Origin: Tortispora ganteri
Lineage: Eukaryota
Assembly: GCA_003707115.1 (NCBI GenBank)
Contig: PPNB01000014.1
Span: 62,001 to 126,000, forward strand
Direction: 5' to 3'
Length of the DNA: 64,000 nucleotides
The notes under the pieces are model-generated. The model saw only the letters and a list, made by a program, of their open reading frames with translations. It ran no database searches and was not told the origin of the DNA. Of the stretch, positions 18,887 to 29,100 are shown piece after piece. Within the stretch, counting starts at the first letter, position 1; every line of letters starts with the position of its first letter. The position numbers and the translations under genes are program-made.

Positions 18887-20233
18887 ATGTATATCACTCG
18901 CAACCACAGCGTTAGAACTTCTGCCGACGAAAATGAATGGACAATGCTCCAATCTTCTAGGCATAATTCCACTGTTCATTTCAATTCTTATTTCAGTCCT
19001 CATTTCAGTTCTCATTTCGATTCCCACGATCCAGAGGGCAGATCTTACTCCATCAGGTCAATCCTTGACAGAATGTCCTTGGATGAGCACGCCATAGATC
19101 CAGACTTTGTCAATACTCCTAGTCTCCACTTACACAGTCCCGAATGCATATATTCCAACGAGTTTTCCTCGCAGACGCAGCCTATCGATATATTTCCCAA
19201 CAAGTCGTATGCCGCAGTCGCTGCTCACCAGACCCCGTTGTTCACGCATCGTGTCAACTCGGCATCTTCATCCGTGCTATCTTCATCAACAGAGTACCAA
19301 AGCCATCAGCAACCGCTACAAGACAGTGATATCCGCTATGCAGCCTCGTCGTACTCAGGGTCTACTGTCCATCGTTCTTCTTTCCGCAGTCACTGGCTTT
19401 CCTTGCTAGATACCGTTCGCTCTGCAAAGTTACTGCTCTTATCTTTTCTCGGCAGCAGAATCCTGCTCGCTGCGCTTTACATTTGTCTAATCTTCACACT
19501 CTATTACGGCCTCTGGGACACCTCGCAGCCTAAGCAGTACCCATTCGACATTCTACCTTCTGATCTAGCTCTGTCGACAATCCAGTGTGTCTTTGTGTGG
19601 ACGGCTGACTTAATCTCGATGTTCTTGTACATATCCAATCGCAAAGCTCCACCAGACACGTATTCGGCTGCACTAGCTGTGTTTCTCTCGCTGCAATCCA
19701 TATGGATGTTGGTTGCTGACCGACCATTTGTCTCCTTAATCGTATCCGCATATACGTTTCTCTTCAGTCCGGGCATTCTCTGGCACCGTCTAGAGGACCA
19801 CCGCGGTGCAAGTGAAAATCCGATGCATCCTGTCAATTCGTGCAGCAATAATAACAGTTCATTGCCATTAGGTTTACGCAAAGCTATCGCCGTGCACTTT
19901 CCAACCGCGTGGACCATATATTCGTTTGCGTGGACCTTAGACACTTTCTTGTGTCAGGGTTCATCGCCGCAACTATCTGAGCTTATTAATTCGTGGGTAA
20001 TAGCCCTGATAATGCTCATATCTGTAATATGGGCCTGCATTTCTACTGATTTCGCATTGGCTACTTTGCCCTGGTTAATCTTTCTGCTAGGTCTAGCCTC
20101 GTACAGCAGCTCAAAAACCAGCATGATAGCCTCAATTGAGCTCATTACTGTCGCCGCAGCACTTGTAGCCATCTGGCTGGGAATACTGTGCCTTTACAGA
20201 ACAGGATCGCGCTGCTGCGTGCATTTGCCGTAG
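18887..20233 (+). CDS. Multi-pass membrane protein with a disordered Ser/His-rich N-terminus (possibly DUF1774-like)
   Basis: About 7-8 hydrophobic segments from residue ~180; AVHFPTAWTIYSFAW and DFALA segments resemble fungal DUF1774 proteins (from memory, unverified). First ATG at 18887. Confidence 0.6.
   Translation: MYITRNHSVRTSADENEWTMLQSSRHNSTVHFNSYFSPHFSSHFDSHDPEGRSYSIRSILDRMSLDEHAIDPDFVNTPSLHLHSPECIYSNEFSSQTQPIDIFPNKSYAAVAAHQTPLFTHRVNSASSSVLSSSTEYQSHQQPLQDSDIRYAASSYSGSTVHRSSFRSHWLSLLDTVRSAKLLLLSFLGSRILLAALYICLIFTLYYGLWDTSQPKQYPFDILPSDLALSTIQCVFVWTADLISMFLYISNRKAPPDTYSAALAVFLSLQSIWMLVADRPFVSLIVSAYTFLFSPGILWHRLEDHRGASENPMHPVNSCSNNNSSLPLGLRKAIAVHFPTAWTIYSFAWTLDTFLCQGSSPQLSELINSWVIALIMLISVIWACISTDFALATLPWLIFLLGLASYSSSKTSMIASIELITVAAALVAIWLGILCLYRTGSRCCVHLP
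18977..19024 (+). repeat. Four imperfect 12-bp tandem repeats encoding HFNS-YFSP-HFSS-HFDS
   Basis: CATTTCAATTCT TATTTCAGTCCT CATTTCAGTTCT CATTTCGATTCC. Confidence 0.85.
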
Positions 20234-20508
20234 CTGCGTCCGATACCGCATCGCAAAAAGAATAACCATCGTCCGAAAATATACTTATGCGTAGTAGTGA
20301 CCCTAACCGCTGCAGCCATTTGACCAATCAGGAATATTTTTCATTTAATGTTGCAAAAACACCACACCCCCCTTAACCTAACAACCAACACACGTCCTAG
20401 ACCTGTTACTGCAACAGAAGAAAAAACTCCTGCATCGCCCATTCGAACGTGCGGTGTGTGTTCTGTTTTTCTCTCTGCGTGTTTTCTGGAAGAAAATAAA
20501 AGAGAAAG

Positions 20509-22989
20509 ATGCGGTTCGATATCAAACGCGAACTTCTTGCGCGGTCTGACCGCGTGAAGGGCATCGACTTCCATCCCACAGAGCCTTGGGTACTCACCAC
20601 TTTATATTCGGGCTCTGCGACTATCTGGAATTATCAATCCGGCACCACCGTCAAAACGATTGACGCGGCGGACGTGCCTATTCGTGCTGGCCGCTTTATC
20701 GCCTCCAAGAACTGGATTGTTGTTGGAACTGACGATTGCATGATACGTGTATTCAACGTCTACACGGGCGAGAAGGTTGCCCAGTTTGAAGCTCACTCCG
20801 ACTACATCCGCTCCATTGTAGTCCATCCTACTCGCCCCTTTGTTCTGTCTGCCGGTGATGATATGGTTATCAAGCTTTGGGACTGGGAAAATGATTGGAA
20901 GTGTGCTCAGGTTTTCGAGGGCCATACACATTATGTCATGTGTCTTGCCATTAATCCGAAGGATACCAACACATTCGCATCCGCCGGTCTTGACCGCACG
21001 GTGAAAATATGGTCTTTTGGCTCTCCCGTGCCGAATTTCACTCTCGAGGCGCACGACACACGTGGCGTCAACTTCGTCGACTACTATCCGCTCTCTGACA
21101 AGCCCTACATCATCACGGCTTCCGACGACCACACCGTAAAGATTCATGATTATCAAACAAAGGGCGTTGTTGCAACTCTTGAAGGCCACACAGCTAACGT
21201 CTCTTTTGCTGTTTTCCATCCAGAACTTCCAATAATAATATCAGGAGCTGAAGACTCCACAATTAAAATATGGCATTCAAGCACATTTAAGCTTGAGCAA
21301 TCAATCAACTATGGTCTCGAACGTGCATGGTGTGCAACAACACGCAAAGGCAGCAATTCAATTGGTTTTGGATTTGATGAAGGTACTGTTGTTATATCTC
21401 TCGGCCGCGACAACCCTGCTGTCTCAATGGATCCTTCTGGCAAACTAATTTGGGCCCGCCATGCGGAGGTGTTTAATACCCTTATAAAAGGAACAGAAGA
21501 AGTAGCAGATGGTGAACAACTACTTCTGGGACAAAAAGAACTGGGTAACGTTGAAGTGTATCCTCAGCAACTTATCCACTCTCCTAACGGTCGTTTTGTG
21601 GCTGTTTGCGGCGATGGCGAATACATCATCTATACGGCTTTAGCATGGCGTAACAAGTCCTTTGGTTCTGCTCTGGAGTTTGCTTGGGCGCAGGACAGCC
21701 ATCAGTACGCTGTTAGAGAATCCGCATCCTCTGTTAAAGTTTTCAACAACTTCAAGGAAAGGCCTGCTGGACATCTTAAGCTTACCTTTGCTGCTGATGG
21801 TATATTTGGCGGTGCTCTTTTGGGTATCAGGGGTCCCGAATGGATCACGTTCTTTGATTGGGATACAGGCATTGCGATTCGCCAAATCGATGTGGTTCCC
21901 ACAGCGGTTTACTGGGCCCCTGACGGCGAGCTAGTTGCTCTTGCAACCGATGATGGGCTGTATATCCTGAAGTTTAATAGAGAAGACTTTGTTACTGCTT
22001 TACAAGATGACACCATTGATCCAGACGATGGAGTGGAGTCTGCTTTTGATGTTATCACTGACCAAGCAGATATTGTAACATCTGGAGCATGGGTTGGAGA
22101 CTGTTTCATTTACACAACAAACACTAACCGTCTTAACTACTTGGTTGGACAGAAGACATATAGTATAGCACACCATAGTTCGCCTTACTTTGTTTTGGGC
22201 TATATGACCAAATCTGCGCGGGTCTATCTGACAGATCGGAATTTCAAAATTATCTCATACTTGCTTTCGCTGAAGGTAGTGGAGTATCAGACACTTGTTT
22301 TACGTGGTGATATGGAGACTGCTGCTGAAGTTCTTACTGAGATCCCTAAGCAAGATTACACCAAGGTTGCCAGATTTTTAGAGGCACAAGGATACAAGCA
22401 AGAAGCATTAGAGTTAACGACTGATCTGGAACATAAATTTGACCTTTCACTGAGCTTGGGCAAACTGTCTATTGCTGAAGACATTGCGATAACTACTGGT
22501 GATAGACATAAGTTCAGATCTCTTGGTGATGCCGCACTTGAGCATTACAACATCACGTTGGCGCAGTCGTGTTTTGAGAAAGCTGAAGATTTGTCTACAT
22601 TACTGCTAGTGTATACAAGCACCAATGACGCTGAATCGTTGAACAAGCTTGCGGAAAAAGCTCAGGCTGTAGGCCAAAACAATTTAGCGTTTAATGCACT
22701 TTGGGCTGCTGGAGATGTTTCTAAGTGTGTTGATCTTCTTGTGAAGACCGGCAAGTCTTCCGAAGCGACATTAATGGCGCTTACTTACGGGCTTGATGCG
22801 GATACAGTTGCCAAGAAATGGCGTCAAGATTTGCTCGACAATGCTAACGAAACTGCTGCAAATGCACTGATCATGCCTTCCGATGATCCAGATAAATTTG
22901 TTATTGATGCTGAAGGGGAGCTACCGTCAGCACTAGAATCAGAAGTTGAACAGAACGGATATGATACCGAAGAGGATCTTCTTAAGTAA
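20509..22989 (+). CDS. SEC27: Coatomer beta-prime subunit
   Basis: RSDRVKGIDFHPTEPW, WD40 repeats, CGDGEYIIYTALAWRNKSFG. Confidence 0.97.
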   Translation: MRFDIKRELLARSDRVKGIDFHPTEPWVLTTLYSGSATIWNYQSGTTVKTIDAADVPIRAGRFIASKNWIVVGTDDCMIRVFNVYTGEKVAQFEAHSDYIRSIVVHPTRPFVLSAGDDMVIKLWDWENDWKCAQVFEGHTHYVMCLAINPKDTNTFASAGLDRTVKIWSFGSPVPNFTLEAHDTRGVNFVDYYPLSDKPYIITASDDHTVKIHDYQTKGVVATLEGHTANVSFAVFHPELPIIISGAEDSTIKIWHSSTFKLEQSINYGLERAWCATTRKGSNSIGFGFDEGTVVISLGRDNPAVSMDPSGKLIWARHAEVFNTLIKGTEEVADGEQLLLGQKELGNVEVYPQQLIHSPNGRFVAVCGDGEYIIYTALAWRNKSFGSALEFAWAQDSHQYAVRESASSVKVFNNFKERPAGHLKLTFAADGIFGGALLGIRGPEWITFFDWDTGIAIRQIDVVPTAVYWAPDGELVALATDDGLYILKFNREDFVTALQDDTIDPDDGVESAFDVITDQADIVTSGAWVGDCFIYTTNTNRLNYLVGQKTYSIAHHSSPYFVLGYMTKSARVYLTDRNFKIISYLLSLKVVEYQTLVLRGDMETAAEVLTEIPKQDYTKVARFLEAQGYKQEALELTTDLEHKFDLSLSLGKLSIAEDIAITTGDRHKFRSLGDAALEHYNITLAQSCFEKAEDLSTLLLVYTSTNDAESLNKLAEKAQAVGQNNLAFNALWAAGDVSKCVDLLVKTGKSSEATLMALTYGLDADTVAKKWRQDLLDNANETAANALIMPSDDPDKFVIDAEGELPSALESEVEQNGYDTEEDLLK

Positions 22990-23052
22990 TTGATACTATA
23001 TTCTATGTTTATGAGAGTATTGATATCCATGACACTGCGTACGGTGTTATCT

Positions 23053-24021
23053 CTAGAGAGACTGCAAGTACTGTTTAACGATGCCGATAAGACATGCAGT
23101 TGGAGGGTCGCTGTTGTCGGCGTTGAGACTGTGAGTGGCGTCGTTAATTATTGTAGACATATTAGACCAGTGCTCAACAGGAGCGATTTGTTTCCATTTT
23201 GCTAGCAGGGCATGTTTGTCTACAGTTGCGGGCACAAACTGGTCCGCTCCAGACATGAGAAACAAGCTGCTAGTATTGAGCTTAGCGAATGTCTTTTGAA
23301 GGTCATGTTCTGTCAAGTAGGTAGAGAAAAAGTCATCCATTCCTCGTGGCTGGAAAAGAGCTAACCAGCGCAAAGCTGTGATTGGAATACTGCCGAACAT
23401 GCACTTAGAGTATTTCAATGGGACAATAGCGAGTGGACTTTCTGATATGTATATTTGTTTTGCCACTGTGATAGATTCGTCAATGAGATCTTGACTGAGT
23501 TCCAAGCTAAGCGCTTCAGGATCGGACACGGGCGCTTGCAGAATGAAGCCATCCAGTTTGGCGCGATCGCATGCCTTGGACGCAGGTAGAACCGGTTCAA
23601 GTAATTTATACTTATCGCATTCGTCCGTGTAGTCGTAGTCAATAGTTTGGTATGCCAAACAATCCTGGCAGCCAGTAGAGTGACCCATCAGCACGATCTT
23701 GTTAAATCCCTGATTGCGGTAGTACGCCACGACTTCGCTTATTTGCTGGACATCAGAGGCAAGTGAAACGATTCCAAACCCACTTCCTGCTGAAGACGCC
23801 ATAATCTGAACCGTACTCCAGCCAATAGTATCCAGTTCTTCTACCAATGGTAGTAAATAGCCTACACTGCATATATTATCTGTGAGACCAGCTACGAACA
23901 ACAACAGATTACTGTGTCGCGATCCTGATTTTGTAGTAAATTCAAATGACCAGTAATTACGTGGAAGTACAACAATCTTCCCTGCTCTTTCGATTATCTC
24001 GTTCGATGTACTGAATGTCAT
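23053..24021 (-). CDS. Alpha/beta hydrolase, DUF1749/UPF0613-like
   Basis: LFVAGLTD, nucleophile elbow MGHSTGCQD, ILQAPVSD, DDFFS, SGADQFVP, DATHSL. Confidence 0.85.
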   Translation of the reverse strand: MTFSTSNEIIERAGKIVVLPRNYWSFEFTTKSGSRHSNLLLFVAGLTDNICSVGYLLPLVEELDTIGWSTVQIMASSAGSGFGIVSLASDVQQISEVVAYYRNQGFNKIVLMGHSTGCQDCLAYQTIDYDYTDECDKYKLLEPVLPASKACDRAKLDGFILQAPVSDPEALSLELSQDLIDESITVAKQIYISESPLAIVPLKYSKCMFGSIPITALRWLALFQPRGMDDFFSTYLTEHDLQKTFAKLNTSSLFLMSGADQFVPATVDKHALLAKWKQIAPVEHWSNMSTIINDATHSLNADNSDPPTACLIGIVKQYLQSL

Positions 24022-24378
24022 TTCAGGCAGCTTTATGTCGAGATTTAAGAATTAATTGTCGTATATTGCGCGCGGTATCCGCCATAGTGCCCTAACCCGA
24101 TGCCCAGAACTGCTAATCGGTACTGGTGCAGTAGATCTCCGAATAAGTTTGTCGACTAATCGGTTAAGTTTTTGCCAAATAATTGTGAATAATACAACTG
24201 AATGCTAAAATATACGTGACGCTAGCCGTTCTGGTGCAAATACGAATATGCCTACGCGGACAAATTAGATCTAGATAAGATAAAAATGATAAGGTTAGGG
24301 TTCACGACTTATCGGTGCGAGGAACCGTCGCCGCCGAGCTTCCCACCACCGCCTAGAGCTTCTGACTTCTGGCCAAAC

Positions 24379-25029
24379 ATGCCTAAGACTGCTACCAGCG
24401 AGACATTAATGGAGTCCATTGAGGACGGAACTGCGCCGGAATCTACTGACACTAGTATCCGGTACGCTGCATACGCGTCTCGTCTGCGAACGATCATCAG
24501 CTCGGCGCACCGCTATATCGCTTATACGTCGGACATTGGCGAATCTTTTCGGCCAATCACCAGGCCGGAACTTGTACGGGCCGCTTACGGTATATCGTGG
24601 GCATATCTGATTGGCGATGTTGTCTACGAGGGCTATCGCGCACGTTTGGCGCAGCAGGAGACGCTGTCAACTTCGAGTGCACGTATGGCTGCTGACGTAA
24701 CCGGCCAGAAGGAGTCTTTTGCTTCTGACCTTGACGCCGAGCGCGACTACCCGCTTGACTGGCGAATTGTTGTTGCAAAACGCGCTGTATTTCAGTCTGT
24801 CGCGTCTATGGCTCTGCCGGCATTTACTATTCATTCCACAGTTAAGTATTCTACGAAACTGTTCAAAGACAGCCCTAATCCGCGGCTCCGGCTTTGGGGC
24901 CCAGTTGGTCTTGGACTCGCGGTTGTCCCCGCGCTACCTTACCTCTTTGATGAGCCCGTAGAGAAGATAGTTGACTGGGGTGCAGAAGAGCTCATGCATT
25001 TTTACGCTGCGCGTCGTGCCCTTACATAG
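24379..25029 (+). CDS. MTFP1: Mitochondrial fission process protein 1 (MTP18/MTFP1); start 24379 or 24286
   Basis: RYIAYTSDIGESFRP, AYGISWAYLIGD, FQSVASMALPAFTIHSTV, GLGLAVVPALPYLFDEPVE. Confidence 0.85.
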   Translation: MPKTATSETLMESIEDGTAPESTDTSIRYAAYASRLRTIISSAHRYIAYTSDIGESFRPITRPELVRAAYGISWAYLIGDVVYEGYRARLAQQETLSTSSARMAADVTGQKESFASDLDAERDYPLDWRIVVAKRAVFQSVASMALPAFTIHSTVKYSTKLFKDSPNPRLRLWGPVGLGLAVVPALPYLFDEPVEKIVDWGAEELMHFYAARRALT

Positions 25030-25931
25030 ACTATACCGAATGATACTTCGATCACAGTATCGTCATCCCAACCAGTCACAGCCTTCATTTTGTCCATAAA
25101 CCTGTCCACAATATCACCAGTTCCGCCTTGGCTTCTCGGCAGCTGGTCTGGATGGTCCTCTTGCCATTTGCTGACCGCCGAAAACGTCCTTATAAATAAC
25201 TCGTTTGTGCCAACCGTGTACTTCAGGCTCATCCAAGGGCCTTCTTTGTAGACAGTGTCAGGTACCAGATCCGCGTAGTCAGCAGTGTGAATGCTCACAT
25301 CCGCTCGGTTCTGCACGTTGTTGTACACGCGGTCTATGTCCATGAACAACTCACTCGGTGGATTGATATTCCGCAGCATTTGTCTCAGGTACTCATGTCC
25401 AGGAATTTGCCAGTAAGGACCCAATTCGTCATCCCCATAAGTGAAGTCGTATATCATCCTCGACACTTCCTCAGATTCTGTATACTTACCATCTGCATAT
25501 GCCCAGTATGCAAGCGTTCCGCCCGGCCGTAGCACGCGATATGCTTCATTGAAAAATATATCATGATCAAACCAGTGAATCGCCTCGGCAATCAGCAACA
25601 GATCAACACTCTTGTCGTCCAGGAACGTCAAGTCTTCCGCGGCAGATCGTACTATCTTAATCCGGCCCGCAAATGGTTCAAATGCCTTCTTAGCCGTTTC
25701 AGTCATTGGACCAGAAGGATCAACGCCAATCACTTCATCAAATTTCTTCAGCAATGGGATCGATGCCTCACCGGGCCCACAACCCACGTCTACGGCCAAT
25801 CGCGTCGACCCCTGATGGTACCTATACAACCTCTCATAGAAATGTTCAGGGTATCTAGGTCGGTAGCTGTTGTACCTTGCAGAATTGAATTCTTTTGCTG
25901 AAAATTGCGTCTCTTTCTTTTCTTCAGTCAT
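25002..25931 (-). CDS. Class I SAM-dependent methyltransferase, trans-aconitate methyltransferase (Tmt1/Crg1)-like
   Basis: FSAKEFNSARYNSYRPRYP, VDVGCGPG, GVDPSGPM, AEAIHWFD, LRPGGTLAYWAY, LGPYWQIPG. Confidence 0.85.
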   Translation of the reverse strand: MTEEKKETQFSAKEFNSARYNSYRPRYPEHFYERLYRYHQGSTRLAVDVGCGPGEASIPLLKKFDEVIGVDPSGPMTETAKKAFEPFAGRIKIVRSAAEDLTFLDDKSVDLLLIAEAIHWFDHDIFFNEAYRVLRPGGTLAYWAYADGKYTESEEVSRMIYDFTYGDDELGPYWQIPGHEYLRQMLRNINPPSELFMDIDRVYNNVQNRADVSIHTADYADLVPDTVYKEGPWMSLKYTVGTNELFIRTFSAVSKWQEDHPDQLPRSQGGTGDIVDRFMDKMKAVTGWDDDTVIEVSFGIVYVRARRAA

Positions 25932-26161
25932 ATTTCGCTAACCCTGTTAAACAGGAAAACCCCACCGTCTTTTATATATCATCAACACCACTTACCCCGG
26001 ATTCGGCTTCCACAAGAGACTTTCTGATTGGCTACACGGCGCCAAGCTGTCTTGCTCGACTGTCGGCTAACCCTCCCCCCTGTTCTTGCTACTGGCTACT
26101 ATGTCGCATTATTTAAAAAAGCGAAAATCTCTCATTATCATGCTTGTCATTGTGTTGCATT

Positions 26162-29100
26162 TTAATCTGTAGACGGTATTGAATCCATGCGGCCAGTGGA
26201 CCGTCTAATGACGCCATCAGCCGGTCCAGGAGATACCGTCCCACTGGTGTCAACTCGTTCGTTAGAAAGCGGTTCAAACGCTTCCCATCCACATATATTC
26301 TTTAATACTTCAGTTATTTGCTCTCTGCTTACATCGGAAGGTATGCATCCGCTATAGTGTCCTGAAGGCGCCGCAAATAGCATGTCTTCTTCCCATCCTT
26401 CACCCATAATCAATATAAATGGAGTATCAGAATTCAGATTCATAGTATTCTTGATCATCCTGACCACATTCTCCGTATCTGGAGACTTTAGCGTCTCCGA
26501 AATAAACACTATGTCAAACCTGACTTCACCAGTCGCAATCCTTATGGCATCAGCTCCATCCTGCGCGAATGATGTCTTGCATTCAGCACTTTCCAATAGC
26601 TTCTCAAGTCGTCTGCGTCTCTTTTTAGATTCTTCACATATCAAAACAGCAGGCATCCGCGTTTGGCTAAGCCCGCGAACCATAGAATACGACCGTGGCT
26701 GCGATTTCGATGAATGCCTCGATAACACATATCCTCGGGCCTCCTCGGTGTCGGAACTTGAAGGAGAGGCATCAAATACATTAGAGTATCTTTTGTTTCG
26801 GCGCATTGATTCAATGTAGTCAGGCGAGTCCAAAGAAGACATAGAATTGTACCGAGACGTTCTTGGAGACCCGTGCATATCTGAGGGTATACTGGTTCTT
26901 GCAGGAGGAAGCATAACACCGACACGCGGCGAAGTAGGCGTGCCAAAATTGACACCAACGTTCGGAGACATAGATTCCCTGCGTACGTTCCAGGGACGCG
27001 ACATAACAGGAACAGATGACAAAGGCGAATCCGGATTTCCAGCAGATGTAGGCCCTGAACTAGATGGATAACGAATAATTCCCTGAGCACCTCCAGATAC
27101 AGAACTACTAGATACTTTTCTTGTGGGTGAAACTCCGCGGTTAACAAAAAAGGACGAAGAAGTAGTTCCCGAACTTGACGGTGATGAACCATGGCGTAAA
27201 GATATAGAAGCACTTATTTTTGGGGATGCTGCAGGATCAGACGAAGGTTGTGTTCTGACTGTGTCCACATGTTCTGATTTAAGTTTCTCAATAACTTCTT
27301 GATTTGCTTTTTCAAGAAGAGGTAAATTTTTGAACGAGAAACTACCAAAATCGCTTTGTGGCTCACTGAGTCTTCTAGATCTTTTGTGCGAAGTCATATG
27401 TGGAGGTATTGGTAAAGGCGCCTCTTGATTCTCAGAAGAATGTCTGCTAGTGTTATGATGCGTCGAAAGAGAATCTTCATTGCCTGTCTCCATAATGTCC
27501 TGTATATCTTCAATGTCATTTGAGAAGGTAGGAAGTACAGCTCCACGTGAATCAAAGTATTCAGTATCTTCCGGATGCTGCAATTCAGGCTTGAAATGTG
27601 CCGGCTGGTCTAGTAGGTTATGCCAGTCAATATCGGCCAGGAATGGATGGTTTTTAACCTCTTCAGCACCATTCGCACCTAATCTTTTAGTTGGATCCAT
27701 GCAGATCAGCCCCTTCAGAAAGCTTATAGCAGTATCAGACACCTCGTAATCGGGAATATCAGGATCTGGCCAGTCGATTTTATAATTCAGAATATTCTGG
27801 AATACCTCTTTTTGCGTGTTTGCGTGGAAAGGTGGATATCCATAAAGGAACTCAAACAAAATACAGCCAACAGACCACCAATCGCACGTTTCATCTTGCC
27901 CAGCACCTCGAATCGTTTCTGGTGAAAGGTAATCAGGAGTCCCAACGAAGCGATATTCACCGTCTTCAGGTTTGAAAAGCGATAGATCTTTCTCATCTCG
28001 TAAAGTTGCGTTAGTTGCTGTAGAGGAAGGCGGCCCCATAGAATGCTCATAGTCGGCATTACTCGTACTATCTTCAGTCATTGTATTAGGAGTATGCGAT
28101 AGAGTAGCCATGGGTGGAATTGTACCAGACGAAGACGAAGTATCGGAAAGATGCATAGAGCTCAGCTGAGAGCTAAGGCTATCATTAACCGATTCCTGTC
28201 GTGAAAGCATAGCACTGGGTCGTTTTTCGTGTCCAGGGCGGTTCAAGTAGAAATATCCAGGAACTGGGGTAATATTTTCCGATATTCCATAATGAGACGG
28301 AGTAGTTAAATCGGCCGAGCTAACCCGCTGAGAGGATTTTACCGAAGCAGAACCATCGGGAGTCATATTCAACGGCAACTTTCTGCGCGCTAAGCCAAGG
28401 CCGGAAAGACCAAAATCAGTAAGCTTTAGATGACCATCAGCATCAATCAGGAGATTGTCCGGCTTCAAATCATGATGTATAATTCCACGATCATGAAGAG
28501 CTTCTACCGCAAGAATTACTTCTGCTATGTAAACCCGTGCCCACTCTTCTGGCAAAAATCCGAGTACTTTGAGCAAAGCCGCGCAATCGCCTCCAGGGAG
28601 ATACTCCATGACTAAAAATAAGTAATCACGATTCTGAAATGTGGCGTATAGTTTAGCAACAAAAGGTGATTCGGCTTGTGACATTAGAATAGCACGTTCG
28701 GCTTTGACATTCATAACCTGATTTTTAGCAATCATATCGGATTTTTTTAGCATCTTTATTGCATAGTATTCCCCTGTCAGTCTCTTTTTGGTAAGATACA
28801 CGCTTCCAAAGGCACCCTTGCTAATTGGCTTTATGATGTCATAGTCTTTAATGCTTTGTGTAGTTCTAGACATAGAGGAGGAAGTTGCAGTGAGCAATGG
28901 CGAAACAGGATACCTGGAGTAATCTGAAGAAGTTGCAGTAGATATTGTACGCCTATGTTGATTCAGATTTCCAGCCTCAGAACCAATACTGTCGATAGGA
29001 AAAATAGCAGGAGAAAGGAGCGGGCTATGACGAGCGGATGATGGACCATCATTAGTAGATATAGCCCTTGCTCGAGTGACCGAGAGCGATACCGGGGCCG

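Noticed and set aside
16744..20233. Calling the region a MAT locus
   Set aside because: No SLA2, APN2 or DIC1 neighbours, no alpha-box or homeodomain gene, no large flanking inverted repeats, and the protein is long for MATa2. Not excluded, but unsupported.
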